Assembly: GCA_000165425.1 (NCBI GenBank)
Contig: CT868407.1
Location: 385,204 to 449,203, forward strand
Direction: 5' to 3'
DNA length: 64,000 nucleotides
From: Paramecium tetraurelia
Taxonomy: Eukaryota
This document shows, one piece after another, positions 26,325 to 39,676 of the stretch. Both the position numbers and the translations under genes were made by a program. A model generated the notes under the pieces. It did not search any database. It was not told the DNA's origin and saw only the letters and a list, made by a program, of their open reading frames with translations. Each line of letters starts with the position of its first letter. The stretch's first letter is position 1.

Positions 26325-27632
26325 ATGAGTTCCATACAATATCCAGAGTAATTTTCAATAGCTGCTATTAAGTTTGGAGAAACTCACAGTGAAGATAAGG
26401 CAGGTTTTGTAAAAGGCTTAAGTGCAATTCAACGATCGACAATAAGAAATTTAACAGGGCTACATCGAAGACCTGAGATAATACTGTAATATTGTGACAG
26501 TGTGCGAAGCCTAGTTAATCCTGAGTTTGGGCGAGTATGATCTAGCGTATTTGGGAGAAGTGATAAAAGTAATAGTAAAGCAATATCATGAAAGACTCTA
26601 TCTGGATATCACTTGGTGATCCTGAACAATCTGCTATTGTGGATTCAATAATTCCAATTGCATTTATCTCCACATCCCAGGAGCGTGCCTTTCGAATGTT
26701 TGATACAATAGAGCATAAAGGAGAAACATAAGGTTGCCAAGGTCAATCAAAGTCGAGCAAGTATTGAAATGTCATCAATTGGCGATTTTATCCACAAACT
26801 GTCGATTAATAGTAAAAACATTATCGATTCGCATCCAAGTCCAAAGGAGGTTCCATAAGGAATGCAAATTGTGGAGGAGGAAACAGAAAAGATGCGAGAT
26901 GCAATTAAAAACAATCAAGGCATGCTAAAAAAGTTATTGATCTAGAAAAAGAAGGTTCATTAAGAGGTCTAAACGAATATGAGTAGCTTAGATATAATGT
27001 TTTTATAAGAGCAAAATTAGGAACTTAAACAATTAATTGACACAACAAGTGCAAACTATGAAAGAAGATTGAAGGAGGAAATAATAAAGTATCAAGAAGC
27101 TAAAATAATCATGAAAGCATAAAAATCAGAATTAGATCATAAAATAAGTTTGATTGAAGCACAAGGAAGTGAAATATTGAAATTAAAGAATAGAAAATAA
27201 GTAAATAGTTTAATCAAAAAATTTATATAAATTCCAACGATTGAAGAAAGAAACAAAAGATTTAGTATAAGTTAAGATAAGAACAATAGAAGCATAGTGT
27301 TCTCCAATCAAAAAATCCGATCTACTTCTCTACCTAGAATTGAGAGAAGCTTTGAAAGTTTTAGCAAAAAATTAGACTTGCAAATTTCAAAAAATTCTAT
27401 TCCAAATCAAGATAGCAAATACTTGTACTAAAAGTTGATGTTACCTTAAGAATAGATACAATTTCTTAAGGCTTGTCAATATGTTGGATTATAATACCCT
27501 TCTAATTTATTTGATAATCAAGATGGAGGAGAATCACCTAAGTATAATTAATTTATCAAATTAATTTAACAACTTAAAGTGAGACATTCGTAATGTATGC
27601 CAAAGTGTGATCATTTAAATTTTTTATAATGA
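26325..27632 (+). CDS. Hypothetical coiled-coil protein
   Basis: ATG 26325; two short introns (about 26348-26372 and 26569-26594) give a continuous frame to TGA 27630-27632. Confidence 0.65.
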
Positions 27633-27658
27633 AAATCTAAACATAAAAATTTTAAACA

Positions 27659-29201
27659 TCATCTTGCTTCCCATGTAATGTAATCTTGATTTGATAGACC
27701 ATACGTAAATTTAGCTATCCACTCTGCTTTAGCGATCTTCTAATTCAATTTCAATTTATAGTTTAAGAGTATTTTTGAGATGACAATTTTGCTCTCAATA
27801 ATTGCAAGGTATTATCCTATGCAATTTCTACCTCCAGCTGAAAATGGCACAAAGGCAAATGGATCGATGGTTGAGTCTTTGAGAGTTCCATCAGCCTTCC
27901 ACCTTGTAATATCGATCTGGGTTGGATTCGAAAAGTATTTCTGATTTTATGCATTTGATAAAACCATATAATTGACATACCATCCTAAACATAATAAGAT
28001 CAAATATCTACCTTTTTTGATGAATATATCTTTGATGTATAAATCCTTTAATGCTTGTTTAGATATCAACATAGGTGCAACTGGCTTTAATCGAAGACAT
28101 TCCATTAAAAATCCTGCTACTTTTTACAGATTTTGTAAGTGTTTAGCTGTTATAATTAGTTCTCCATTCAAAACTTCAAGAATTTCCTAGTAAATTTCTT
28201 CTTAAAGCAGCTGATTCTCAGCTAAAAAATAACAAGCTGTAGTAACTAGATTTGCAGTAGTTTCAGTTCCTGCAAAGTAAAGTGTGATAGATTATTGTAG
28301 TATTTCATCTTCTGTTATGGGTGGATCCATAGAATCGTTTTTGTTTAGGTACACATCCAAATAAACATCAAGGTAATCCTGGTGTTCAATGTTCTTGCAA
28401 TTCTTCAATTTTTCCATTCTATTTTTTATTGCCTTTTTCATGTGATCAAGCATAACGGTATTTAATTCATATAGATCCTATTCTATTTTTCTGGGGAATA
28501 GACTGAATACTTTTTCTTCGAGCAATGCTCTCTTTATTTGAAAGAATCGAGACTCAGTTGTTAATTATCCAAATCGAGTTATAAGCTGAGTGACGCATTA
28601 TGATGGATCTTGTCCGTTTAGACTCAATTAAGCAATGTCCTCACCGAAGAAAGCCTTGAGAACAATCTCTCCCGTAATTGAAGAGGCCAAATTCATGGCT
28701 GGGAATACTTCATTAGGTAGATTGGCCAATTTCCTTTGGGCTACATCATTTATCATCGGAATCAGGTTGATGAGCTTGTTATATTCGAAATGAGTTCCCA
28801 AAAGGCGTCTTTATTGTAGCCACTTGGCTCCCCCCTCCATTATCATGCCTTTGGTCATCAATCTCTTGTCGACTATCATAGGGAATTTAGTATAATCTTA
28901 ATGTTATTGCATGAATATTCGATAGTATTTTGGTTTTAGGAACACGATCATAGGTCGAAATAGCAAATTTGTAACTAAAATGTCTGCTTATCTATTGTCC
29001 CCTATTCGTTTGGATAGTGCTTCAAATGCATCCCCATTGATTGCCCTTGATTGACTTAGAGTACGAAGAAGTTCCTAACATCTGGAGCATATTGTATATA
29101 ATTACTCTTTTGCCATACCTAATTTTGAAATAGATAACCACTAAGAGTGGTTGAGTTATTAAATAGCTTAGAGCGAGTATTCCGAAAATAATATATATCA
29201 T
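27659..29201 (-). CDS. Cytochrome P450
   Basis: N-terminal TM anchor, I-helix YFAGTETT, K-helix ECLR, heme motif FVPFSAGGRNCIGQYLA (Q encoded by TAA). TGA at 27659-27661. Confidence 0.95.
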
Positions 29202-29211
29202 AATTAATTAA

Positions 29212-29675
29212 ATGATTAATCAATAGGTGTTTGAATAACTCAATTCCATTCTCTTTAAGCAGAAATTCGAAAACCAAATCAAAAATATGTACCCAACACA
29301 AAAGAACTTAGAATTCAAGTAAGCAAATAATCCACTTTATCAGGTTCATAGTACTAAAAAAAATTGAAACCTAAATCACTAAGAATTAAAAGAAAATCAC
29401 AAAGTATTGGATCGCAGATGAGACTGGCAGTGCTTTCTTGAATCTACATGATATGGACGAGTCAGCCATTTCTCCAGGAGATGTGTGTGTGATGGTTGGA
29501 GCATATACAAATCTATTTAAAGGAATGATGAATATTCATCAAGGTAAACATATTAAATATTATAGGTAAGAATGGAATATTCAAAAAAGTGAGTGAATTC
29601 GATCTTCAATATTCAACATACCCTAATCATAGCTTGAAGAATTGGGGTAATGATTAATAAACCACTTAAATTTGA
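29212..29675 (+). CDS. SOSS complex subunit B / hSSB1 (NABP)-like single OB-fold ssDNA-binding protein
   Basis: IKNMYPTQKNLEFKFIVL...IADETGSAFLNL...ISPGDVCVMVGAYTNLFKGMMNIHQGKNGIFKKVSEFDLQYSTYPNHS aligns with hSSB1 motifs. Introns at 29319-29343 and 29544-29565. Confidence 0.88.
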
Positions 29676-30214
29676 AGTTAATTATTATCATACTATTAAA
29701 ATGTGATGAATAAAATAACAAACAGAACATGAAATAAAAATGCAATGTAGAATTTGGTAGTCAAAGTGTAGAACTTTGATTAAGATTAGTATGGCTATGG
29801 TAAATCACTCCCAAACTCTTCATAATCTTATTATCAGTATTAATCTTGTAATTGGGTATTTCTACTAATATTTTCATAAACTATATTATTGATTTACAAA
29901 ATAATGTTTAAATTGATATATTAGTCTTTCTAATTTCTTCTGTTTGACTTTATTGGAATCCTATTTGAGTGTAGTTCAAAATGTTATTACTAAAAAGACA
30001 CAATATTTTAAGGGATGCTTTTAATGAATATCCAACATCAAATTAATTTTAGTTATTCTTGAATACAATTATAGTGATCTTAAAAATGACTTTATTTTAA
30101 TGTAATTCTTAAAAATATTCAACTTATTTCTTATTCTATACTTCTTCATATTATTAAATTTCGTTCTTTTTCCATATCTTAAAGATTAGAAGATAATATT
30201 TATTAAAAGAACAC

Positions 30215-30444
30215 ATGTAATATGAGTATTTTTTGAATTATCTTGAATAAATTGAATATTCATCTGATGAAGATGTCTGTAATTACTTTATTCTAGAACT
30301 TTACGGATGTTTTGATTATAGATGAAATTATACGCCTGCTGTTTTAGTAGCAACCAAATTTAATCCCTTTATTAGATTAACTAGATCCAACATAGGTTGA
30401 GGTCAGAATTATTTGTTTTATAAGTTATAAAGGGTCTACTATGA
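30215..30444 (+). CDS. Possible small hypothetical protein (about 68 aa)
   Basis: MQYEYFLNYLEQIEYSSDED, 22-nt intron, then NFTDVLIIDEIIRLLF...VIKGLL-TGA. Confidence 0.45.
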
Positions 30445-30489
30445 TGGCTTTATTTTTTGCTTAACTTAACATTAAACTTATTTATTTTA

Positions 30490-32066
30490 ATGGCGAATAG
30501 ATTAAAAACGCAGATTCAATTTAGTGACGATGCTCCTGTACTTAAAATGGATGAACCTGAGGTATGCAAACGATTTGAAGACTATTACTAATGTCTTTAA
30601 ACTTTAGGTATAAATTTAATCATAATTAAAAGGTCAAGGAGCTCATGCCGTAGTTAAGATAGCAAAGAAGAGAAGCACAGGAGAGATATATGCTGTAAAA
30701 ATAGTTAGATCTGGAGATCAAGAGATTCAGAGCAATGTTAAACGGACATTCAATAATACTAGATGTCTAAAACATCCAAACATTGCTCAGGATATAGAGC
30801 TTTACATCAACGAAAAGATGGAAACCTCTCATTTAGTAATGGAGTACTGTAAGTTCCCGAGTTTGGAAAGCATAATAAAGAAAAGACCTCTGACTCCCGA
30901 GGAGTTAAAGATTGTGATAAAACAGCTTCTTTTGGGAATTCAGCACGCTCATTCGAAAGGAATATGCCATAGAGATTTAAAGCCAGATAATATTCTAGTT
31001 AATTTGGATGGGGATAGTGAACCTCCTAATGTAAAAATTGTCGATTTTGGAGTCTCAAGAAGATTCTCATCAAAAGGATAGCAAATTGAAATGCTAACAA
31101 AAACGGGTAACATCTTTTATTGTGCTCCAGAAATATATCATAAAGCTGGCTATTCAAATGAGGTTGACATTTGGGCAATTGGAGTCATTACATATTAATG
31201 TATTTTCCAAAAACTACCGTTGCATTCAAATGAATTAACAGATTTTATAGAACTGTTGGGTAATTAAAATGAATGGAGATTTTAAGAATCATTAAATACA
31301 CTCGAATAACCATTAAGTAATTTGATTATGGCTATGTTGAATCCAAATAAAAGCGAGAGAATCACTGTTGATGCTGCTTTGTAGCATCCATTTTTCCAAA
31401 TTAGTACTATTAAAGATGTGATGGCTTTTATAAATAAATTAAGTGTTGCATAAAATAATCGTTGCTAGGATAAATAATTGCAGTCTAGTCTTAAATTAGA
31501 TGATAAACTATGGGGAAATGTTATCTAAAAATTATAAAATAGTTAGAATGGCGATAGGAATGATGAAATTATGATAGAGGATTTAATTAAAAGTTTTAGT
31601 GATATCCATATTATTGAAAAAAATGGTGAGTAGTGCGGATTCATTTAATTGATGAATTCAATTAATAGTAGTACAGCTCTGATGAGTAGGTTAGGATCCA
31701 AATAAGAAATACTTGATAGAAGTTTTGGATATTAATTTAGCTCTTCTTCAAGTATTTTATAATAATATTTATTTAGATAAATTATGCAATTAGGATTAAT
31801 TAGAAAACATAGATAAAATCGAAAGTAGTATAGATATGAGAGATGATTAGTAGTCCACGAATAATAATAAATTTCTTAGTCAATTGGGTGCACATTTAGA
31901 TAAAAGCATTGATGTTATGCCATATGAGGGATTGATGGCTTCATCTAAATATACTCCTCAATAAGATTAATTTGGAATTGTTAAAAAACCTTCCAACTAA
32001 GACAAAAATTTATTTGAGGATTTCTTCATAAAAGAAGTTGATGAAACAACGGAAGACTCATTATGA
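30490..32066 (+). CDS. Ser/Thr protein kinase, CAMK-like
   Basis: LGQGAHAVV, YAVK, HRDLKPDN, DFG, TGNIFYCAPE, DIWAIG. Intron near 30608-30632. TGA at 32064-32066. Confidence 0.93.
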
Positions 32067-32153
32067 ACTAAACTTATTTTATTTATTATATTCAAGTTAT
32101 TGTATTTAACAATAATATTTTATTATTTTTATTCCAACAAAAATATAGTAAAA

Positions 32154-33292
32154 ATGAAAACATCAATTCAATCAGAAAGGAAACCAGGAAAATCAATTCC
32201 AAAACCAAGGGATAATTTTACAAATCAATCATCCAATTCAAAAAAAGAGATTGCCAATGAATCAAATGGATTCGATGCTTCTAAACCGCTTCTAATCTAA
32301 CCTATCCCCATGGAACCTAAAGTTAAATAAAATTGTCTAATTGAAATTGTTGAATTGGCCAATTCTCTTAAAGATGATGATAATGTTAGTGGTCTAGTCT
32401 TCAAACAAATCATCATCTCAATTGAAGCCAAATTAACAGAATTCCAAGAGAGACTTGAAAATAGGGACAACTTGACAGAACTTAATTCACATCTATAGAA
32501 ATTGCAACATCTGTAAACTAGTCCTTACAGTCCAAATGGAAATAAAGCGAGTGTAAAAAAAGATGACTCAAATAATGACACAAGTGGACTACTCCGTAAT
32601 TAAAGTTAAATCTCATTGCCATAGAATGACAATGTCAGCATTATGAGTGCCCAAGATAAAATGAAAAGTCCTCAAGGTAGAAGATCAAACTCCAAATAAC
32701 ATTCAGGTAAATTCTCAGTAATAAATAGCCATTCTTCCAAACATCTCATAATAAGCAGTGTCTGACAATAATAAGATTGCCGCCTTGGAAAAGAGACTCA
32801 GAACTAACGAGGACAATTATATTAAATTGACCAAAGAAGTGTAAGATCAATATACTTCTAACAATTAAAAGCTAGAAAAGACAATTAAGGCTCTGAATGA
32901 AAAGTTTATGTCATTTAGTGCCAACAATTTGCAACAATAGTACATCGAAATTACTGAGAGTTAGAAGGCTTTGATTTCACATTTACATTAGCAATCAAGG
33001 GAAATCACGTAATTGCTTCCAACTATATAGCGAGATCAACAATGCCATGCTTAAATTAAAGGAGACTCAAGACTCTTAAAATATAGAGATCTCAAATAAA
33101 ATCGAGCATAGCTTACAATTACAGAATGAAAATTTTGTAAGGATTCAATCACTTTCATCCTCTCTTTAATCAATCGATGCTGATTTAATCGTGATTTTAA
33201 AGTGTTACAAAGACATTCTTAATGATATCTTCAAAATCGATCTAATTGATCAACAATAAAAAAAGTTAATTAGTCTCCTAGATGAATAATGA
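32154..33292 (+). CDS. Hypothetical coiled-coil protein
   Basis: ATG 32154; two 22-nt introns restore the frame; heptad-rich C-terminal half; TGA at 33290-33292. Confidence 0.72.
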
Positions 33293-33332
33293 ATTATATC
33301 ATGATATTTATAATAGTTATATGTAATTCGAC

Positions 33333-34204
33333 TCATCTTCTAGTAAAAAATGTATTTTTGTTTTCAAATTCTGATGGCTTCTTTCTGTAATCACCTTAAT
33401 TCACAGTTGAATAATTGAAGGTTCTATCGGATAGCTGAAATGAATTTGGTTTCTAAGCCATATTTTTCTACCATAAATACTGAAATATTACATCCTCTTT
33501 ATATTTCAATTCCTAACCATAACCATTTGATAGTAATTTCTTGCACTCTAAATGATCAGACTTTCCATATGACTCATGTTTTCCATATTGTTTTGTCTAA
33601 TTGTCTTCTAATATAGGGTTCCTGGCTACTGGCTTAGATTCAGCCACTTTGAGTTCTCTTTTTTCAAAAAGATCCTTCGTTTTTGAAAGAGCTGGTTGGA
33701 TTGATTTTTAACTAGGTTTCCAATCAGATTATTAAGTTTGATAATTCACTTTAGAATTTGGATTTTATCTTGGAGCAATAGGATTATTATGGAAATTCCA
33801 TAGATTATCGACATCACTTAGAGGAGTTTTGATTATATGACTCTTGTTTTCATTTAATGATTTGCTTTCTTGAGTTATAGGGTCACTTGGTTTGAGCGTA
33901 GGGTTGTTTTTTGAAAGAGTTGCAATTTTATTTAAATTTTCCTTGCACATTTCAATGGTTTTACTATCGCACTCAGAAGGTAATGTACATGCATTCTTTT
34001 CTTGTTTTCTAGGATATCTGATGATATATACACATATTTATTGATTTTGGAATTATAATCCTTGGCAAGACACAATTCAGCTTAAGGAGAAAGATTCCTT
34101 TATAAATTCGCATAGTTGACTAATCGTTATTATCCTCCATAATCTGTAAAAGTTCTAAGAGTTGATTGAGTAGCTGATTTTTGGATGGATTGTTGTTGAG
34201 ACAT
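33333..34204 (-). CDS. Hypothetical protein
   Basis: MSQQQSIQKSATQSTLRTF..., short intron near 34010-34032, ends NKNTFFTRR-TGA. Confidence 0.65.
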
Positions 34205-34418
34205 TTAATTTTTTAATAATGTCGTTAAAAAAGCTTTGTTAATTAATTATTTATTCTTGCATAAACATAATTATATACACATCATATTAAACCATAGTCA
34301 TCTTCAGCCATTTTTTTTTTCGTATGAATATATAATATTATGATATTTTCTATGTATATTTAGCAAACTAGATAAAAATACGAAGTTAATGAATTTTAAT
34401 TAATCATTAATTTATAAA

Positions 34419-35120
34419 ATGATCAAACATTCTTTGACTTAAACATCTTCTACTAATCACAATTTTTCATAGAAACTTCAACTGTAAAAGCTTAAACGAA
34501 ACAAGCAAATGGTCACAAAGGCCGTTGACATGCTTTTAAACCCGTTTGATCCCCATCAAGTATCTTAGTCCTTGAGATTTCTTGAAAATTAGTCATAAAG
34601 GAAGTCTTTGCTTGATGAAATCATAGGGATAAGAGAAGAAAGAAAGAGAAAATAAGAATTTGAAAAAATGTCCTCCATGAGAGGGATTTTGACCAAAGTA
34701 TAGAAAAGGTTCTCTGTGGTCAAAACTCAAGATATAAAATTTAATAGAGATTTTAATGATTTTAAAATTTTACAAGAGGAACGTAACAAAATGGAAAAAT
34801 TGCAGTATGAAAATCTCAATCTGCAAATAAACGAAAGAAAATCTTAATTCAAGAGAATGTCGAGTCTCAACTTCTTAACACGCGAGAGCGACAACCATCT
34901 CTTCAAACATCAACTAAGTCTTGATCCAGGAGCTCCTCAATCATCTTTGATGCTCACAAGGAAAACCTAAAGAAATACAACGCTTTTGCTTTCTAAAATA
35001 ACAAATAAATAGATGTATTTATTATATCATAGCATTTAGACCTACAGAGGGTAATACTGAGAAAGTTCTTACATCACCTCAGAATTGCCTGATTATAACA
35101 TAAGAAACTGATTAAGAATG
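34419..35120 (+). CDS. Hypothetical protein
   Basis: MIKHSLTQTSS... open frame, one intron near 35015-35039, TGA at 35118-35120. Confidence 0.65.
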
Positions 35121-35742
35121 ATTTATAAATATAAAGTTCTAAACTTTTAATACATAAAAATAAAGTTATTTCAAATAATGAATTTTTGATACTTGAACTA
35201 ATTTGATTTGATTAAATATGTTATCTAATCATTTTTATCAAATTTTAAAAAAAACCCTAGATTTCTCAAAATATTCTTGTGAGTTCAAAAAGGAAGAAGA
35301 AGATGAAAGGTATGAAATCTTATTTAGACTTAGAGTTCCTTTTATATTTATACTATAAATGAAAACCTTATTAGATATACAAAAAAAATCCCAACAATTT
35401 TGGATTAATATTTAAATCCAAAAGATTAATTTTATATATTAAATTATTGATCAATAATATATGTAAAATATATAATCCTTATGCTGTTTCTTAAATCACA
35501 AATTTCTATTAAGATACAATTGATATATGAAATTACATAATTAAATTTTGGATCTTCCTTATTCAATATTTTATTAAAAAATTAATACATTTAACAAAAT
35601 GAATTTATTAATTCAAAAATCATTTAGAAATAGTACTAAATAAGAAGAAATTGTATAATATTATAATCAAAACCAAATTAGTTTTTCATCAGTTATAATG
35701 AAAATGTGAAAAATAATAATTAATATTTGTATTCTATAATTT

Positions 35743-37245
35743 TCATGACTTTTATTATTCATTTTCTGAAAGTAATTATTGTTAATCATCCTCTTGTCTT
35801 AAGTTACTTGTGGAAACAGTGTCAGACTCACAATCTTTCTATTTAGTTTCCTCCAATTACTAATCTCTTGATTTGAGGATTTTGTCTTCTTAAACAACTC
35901 CGACCCAAGGAAGTGGCATCAAAATGAATACTCCTGTCAAAATAATGAATAGCCATAATTTGGAGTAATCATTTTGATTGACTCCTAACATGATTAAGAA
36001 TAAGGCTCCCCATTATGATCCTAAAGTAGATCCTTTATTGTTAAATCTAATAGATTACCAAAATTGATTGTACTCATCAACATAGCATACATGGTAGCTT
36101 CAATATTCTTTGGACACATCCTACACGCTAAGACCAATATGGGCATCAAATTCAATTCACCTACCAATTATAACATGACTGAATCTCCGAGACAGAAGAA
36201 TTTGTCATTTATACCCCATTCAACATTTTTTCTGGTTACGAGGATGATCATAGATTGATAACAGAAATAATAAAGGATGGTAGTGGTGATGAATATCTTT
36301 TTGAATGGGACATCTTTCAGATAGTTGTTATAAAGAAGCACTCCCAAAATGGTAGACAATGCATACACAAACTTCAATTATCCTAGGAAGGAAGGTTCAA
36401 AGCCCAAAACCTGTGTGTAGAAAAAGAACATGATAGTCGAACTTGAAGGAGCCATCATAAAACAAAATATCAATGCAACTGGCCTTGAATCTATTATTAT
36501 AATACTTGTAAATTAAGGGGTTTTAGAAGAATGTCCAAAAGTCTTTGATACATTACATAGTGTTGTTTCTTCTGTCATTCTAATCCAAAGCTCTAGGATC
36601 AACCTTCTCTTCAACATAGAAGAATGACACTAAAACCAATAGTGAAGGGAATGCTGCTGTCATCATAAATATTTCTTATTTCGTGAAGTAGTGTAATAAT
36701 GCTCCTGAAAAGAATGCACTTATTAGTGTTCCGAATGCTCGAACTCCAAAGAATATTGAAACATTCTTAGATGCTCCATGCTAGAAATTTGTTTATTATC
36801 TTGAGGCTTAAGCAGCTACTTCTACTAGAATAGCTTCTCCGACAACATTCACGAAACATGTTGACAACTATATCAAAAACAATAATAAAAGGGCAGAGTA
36901 TAAACTATCAGTTCCATATTTCGACAAAGCAATCCACCCTAAGGCATCAAATATCCCAAACAGAATTATGTAGGATTTCCTTCTATATCCAAATAAAGGC
37001 TTCGAATCAGTTATTAAACCCCAAAATGGTTTTACTATCCAAGGAGTTGTTGTGTAACTCAAATAGAGTCCCATCATAGCTGGAGATAATCCAAAATCAT
37101 CCTTAAGCATATAGTTTATTGATAAATCAGCTAAGTGTTATACTCCCTGAGAAAAAGCAACTACTGCAATTATAAAATAGGAAGGGTTGAAGCTCTCATA
37201 AAATTAAGCGAATTGCCGAAACAGCTTATCAAACATAATGCTCAT
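35743..37245 (-). CDS. BT1-family folate/biopterin transporter (MFS)
   Basis: FSQG..., MLKDDFGLSPAMMG...PWIVKPFWGLITDSKPLFGYRRKSY, and ACRMCPKNIEATMYAMLMSTINF are BT1-family signatures; many TM segments. Confidence 0.93.
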
Positions 37246-38032
37246 GTTGATCAAATATTTTAATAATAAAAACGCATAATTATAAATATCAACAGAAAAA
37301 CAACTCTCCAATATTCAAATTGACTAATAAAGACTCATTCTACAAATATGGAAGTTTTTAATCATTAAATATTTATTTTAGCAGCCTCAATCGACTACTA
37401 GATGGAAAGAAATTTATTATTAGTGTTAAGTTTTTTTAATAGTATTAAGCAATTTTAACTCTTTTCAATCTCTCAAGGTATTTCTGAATTAATTTAAAGC
37501 AGATGTTTATTCGAGTTCATAAATCAATTTTTCTAATTTTCCCTTAGGTTCAATATTTTGCGGGTAGGAACTTTAGTTAAATAATTATTAATATGATTCT
37601 AAATTATTGATACTCTAATATAATTGTTTTGATATTATACTTTTAGACTAATGACCGTTGGCTTTCAAATATTTTCATTTAAGTAGAAATAGAATTTATG
37701 GAAAATAAGTAGGGTTAACAATAGGAAAATGTTTGTATTAATTATTAATTTAATTATTTTGAAACATTACTTTGATTCTAAATTTTAATCATAATAAACT
37801 AATTTTTTAGGATATTTATTGTTCATATATTATTATTGCAAATTTAATAATCTAAATTTGCTTGATATTTAAATTGAAGATAGGATAGCTTAGCTTCTAT
37901 AATTTTGAATAGGTAGTAATCTTCATAAATGTTAATTTTATGAAGACAGGCTAGAGAGACATAAAATATGAAATTGATTAATTTAACTCTTGAGATTGAA
38001 TTTATCAAATTCTATTCGTTTGTTTATAACAA

Positions 38033-39462
38033 TCAATCATTTTACTCGTCATTCTCCTCGGCAATTTCTTCGGGATATTCATTTTCTCCTTCCTCTCCCT
38101 CTTCATTTAATTACTCAGGATCAATTCCAAATAGATGTAAGTTTTGCTATAGTTTACGATTAAAAAATACGCTAAATATTTCCCTAAATTGATTATTTTC
38201 ATTTGCTAATTTATCGACTTCCTCTTATAATTATTGTTTTTCATCACTCATATGTTGATAGAGTTATTTGAAGTTTTCAATTAAATCTAAATATTTAAGT
38301 AAAGTGCTAACCTTCCAATTTGCGAATCTCCTCATCTTTAGCTTCTAATTATTAAGCTAATTCTTATATGACTTCATCTTTCTCATTGTCTTAGCTCTTG
38401 ACTGACTTCTTATTTGATGACTGTTGTTTCTACTTTGAACTGCTTGCCAACTTATCTTATAATTCTTGAAAAGCCTCTTAGTTGTCCTATAATTATTGCT
38501 GCAATTATTCTATAATTTGATCTTTCATTTATGACTCCTATTACAGTTACTCTATCATGGATTGAATTTCTTCCTAAAGAGTAGAAATGTTTAAATACTA
38601 AATTGTATTCTTATGCAATATTTTCTAACTCTTCTGTTTTCTCCTTTAATGCTTATTCCAACTTTTTAATTTAATCTTATTATTATTTTTTAACCTTATT
38701 AACTTCATCTTATAACTGCTTGTTTGCTTAATTGATTTTATTGTTAAGATTTCTATTTTCATCAGTCAATTATTGAATTTTCTATTTATCATCTTTTGAT
38801 CTTTATTCTTAGTCCTGCTCAACTTTTTATCTACAAATATGTTTTAAGACATTACAATTTTCTTTATAATTCCTTCTCTTTATCTTTTGCCAATTACAAC
38901 TCAGCTCTCAATCTTTCTGTTTATTATTGTTCTTCCTTTAATTAATTAATAATTGATTAGGATCCTCTATCTTGATCCTGATTGAATTTCTAGTTTGATG
39001 AATAAGGCCTTTTATCACCTGATATATATTACTGATCAACTCTCTTATCATTACTATCGATCTTCTTCTCCAGATAGTCATGTTTATTGTTGACGCGATT
39101 GACATCGAATGTTTTAGAGTAATCTTATTTTTTAGAATCGTTGCTCAAATAGTCCTTAGTTGGAACCTGGCCTGCGGGTTTGATTTCATTTTTTTTGAAA
39201 GAATTTCTCTAATCATTTTTCTGAGGAACGGGAGCAAAACCTTAGCTTTTCTAGTACATTTCTAAATTTTGAATTAAGGTATGATACCCTAATAAGGTAT
39301 AATTTCAGTTTTATGTTACTAATCTATTGGCCCAGATCGATTGTGAATTTAGGAATCACATGAGTAACATAATCGAAAAGTTTACCCATATCTACATTAA
39401 TTGCACTTGATTGTGGCAGGTCTTGATTGGCATTTCTAACACTTAACAAAGAGAGATTGCAT
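38033..39462 (-). CDS. B-box zinc-finger plus long coiled-coil protein with acidic tail
   Basis: CQKCQSRPATIKCNQC...LCYSCDSQIH...H at the N-terminus, Q/E/K-rich coils, short introns, TGA at 38033-38035. Confidence 0.8.
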
Positions 39463-39676
39463 ATCTATTTTTCAAAAATATAAATACTGTATAAGTTATT
39501 GATAAAACAAATTTGAATTTTTATTTTATCATTCACTTCATAAATCTAAGAGAATATATTAATTTATAATTATTGGAACCAGGAATTCTGCTTAAATAAC
39601 CTACAAACCATCGAAATGCGTAAGAAATACTTAAGTAATAACCCAATTTAATATTTATAAAATATAAATATATAAT

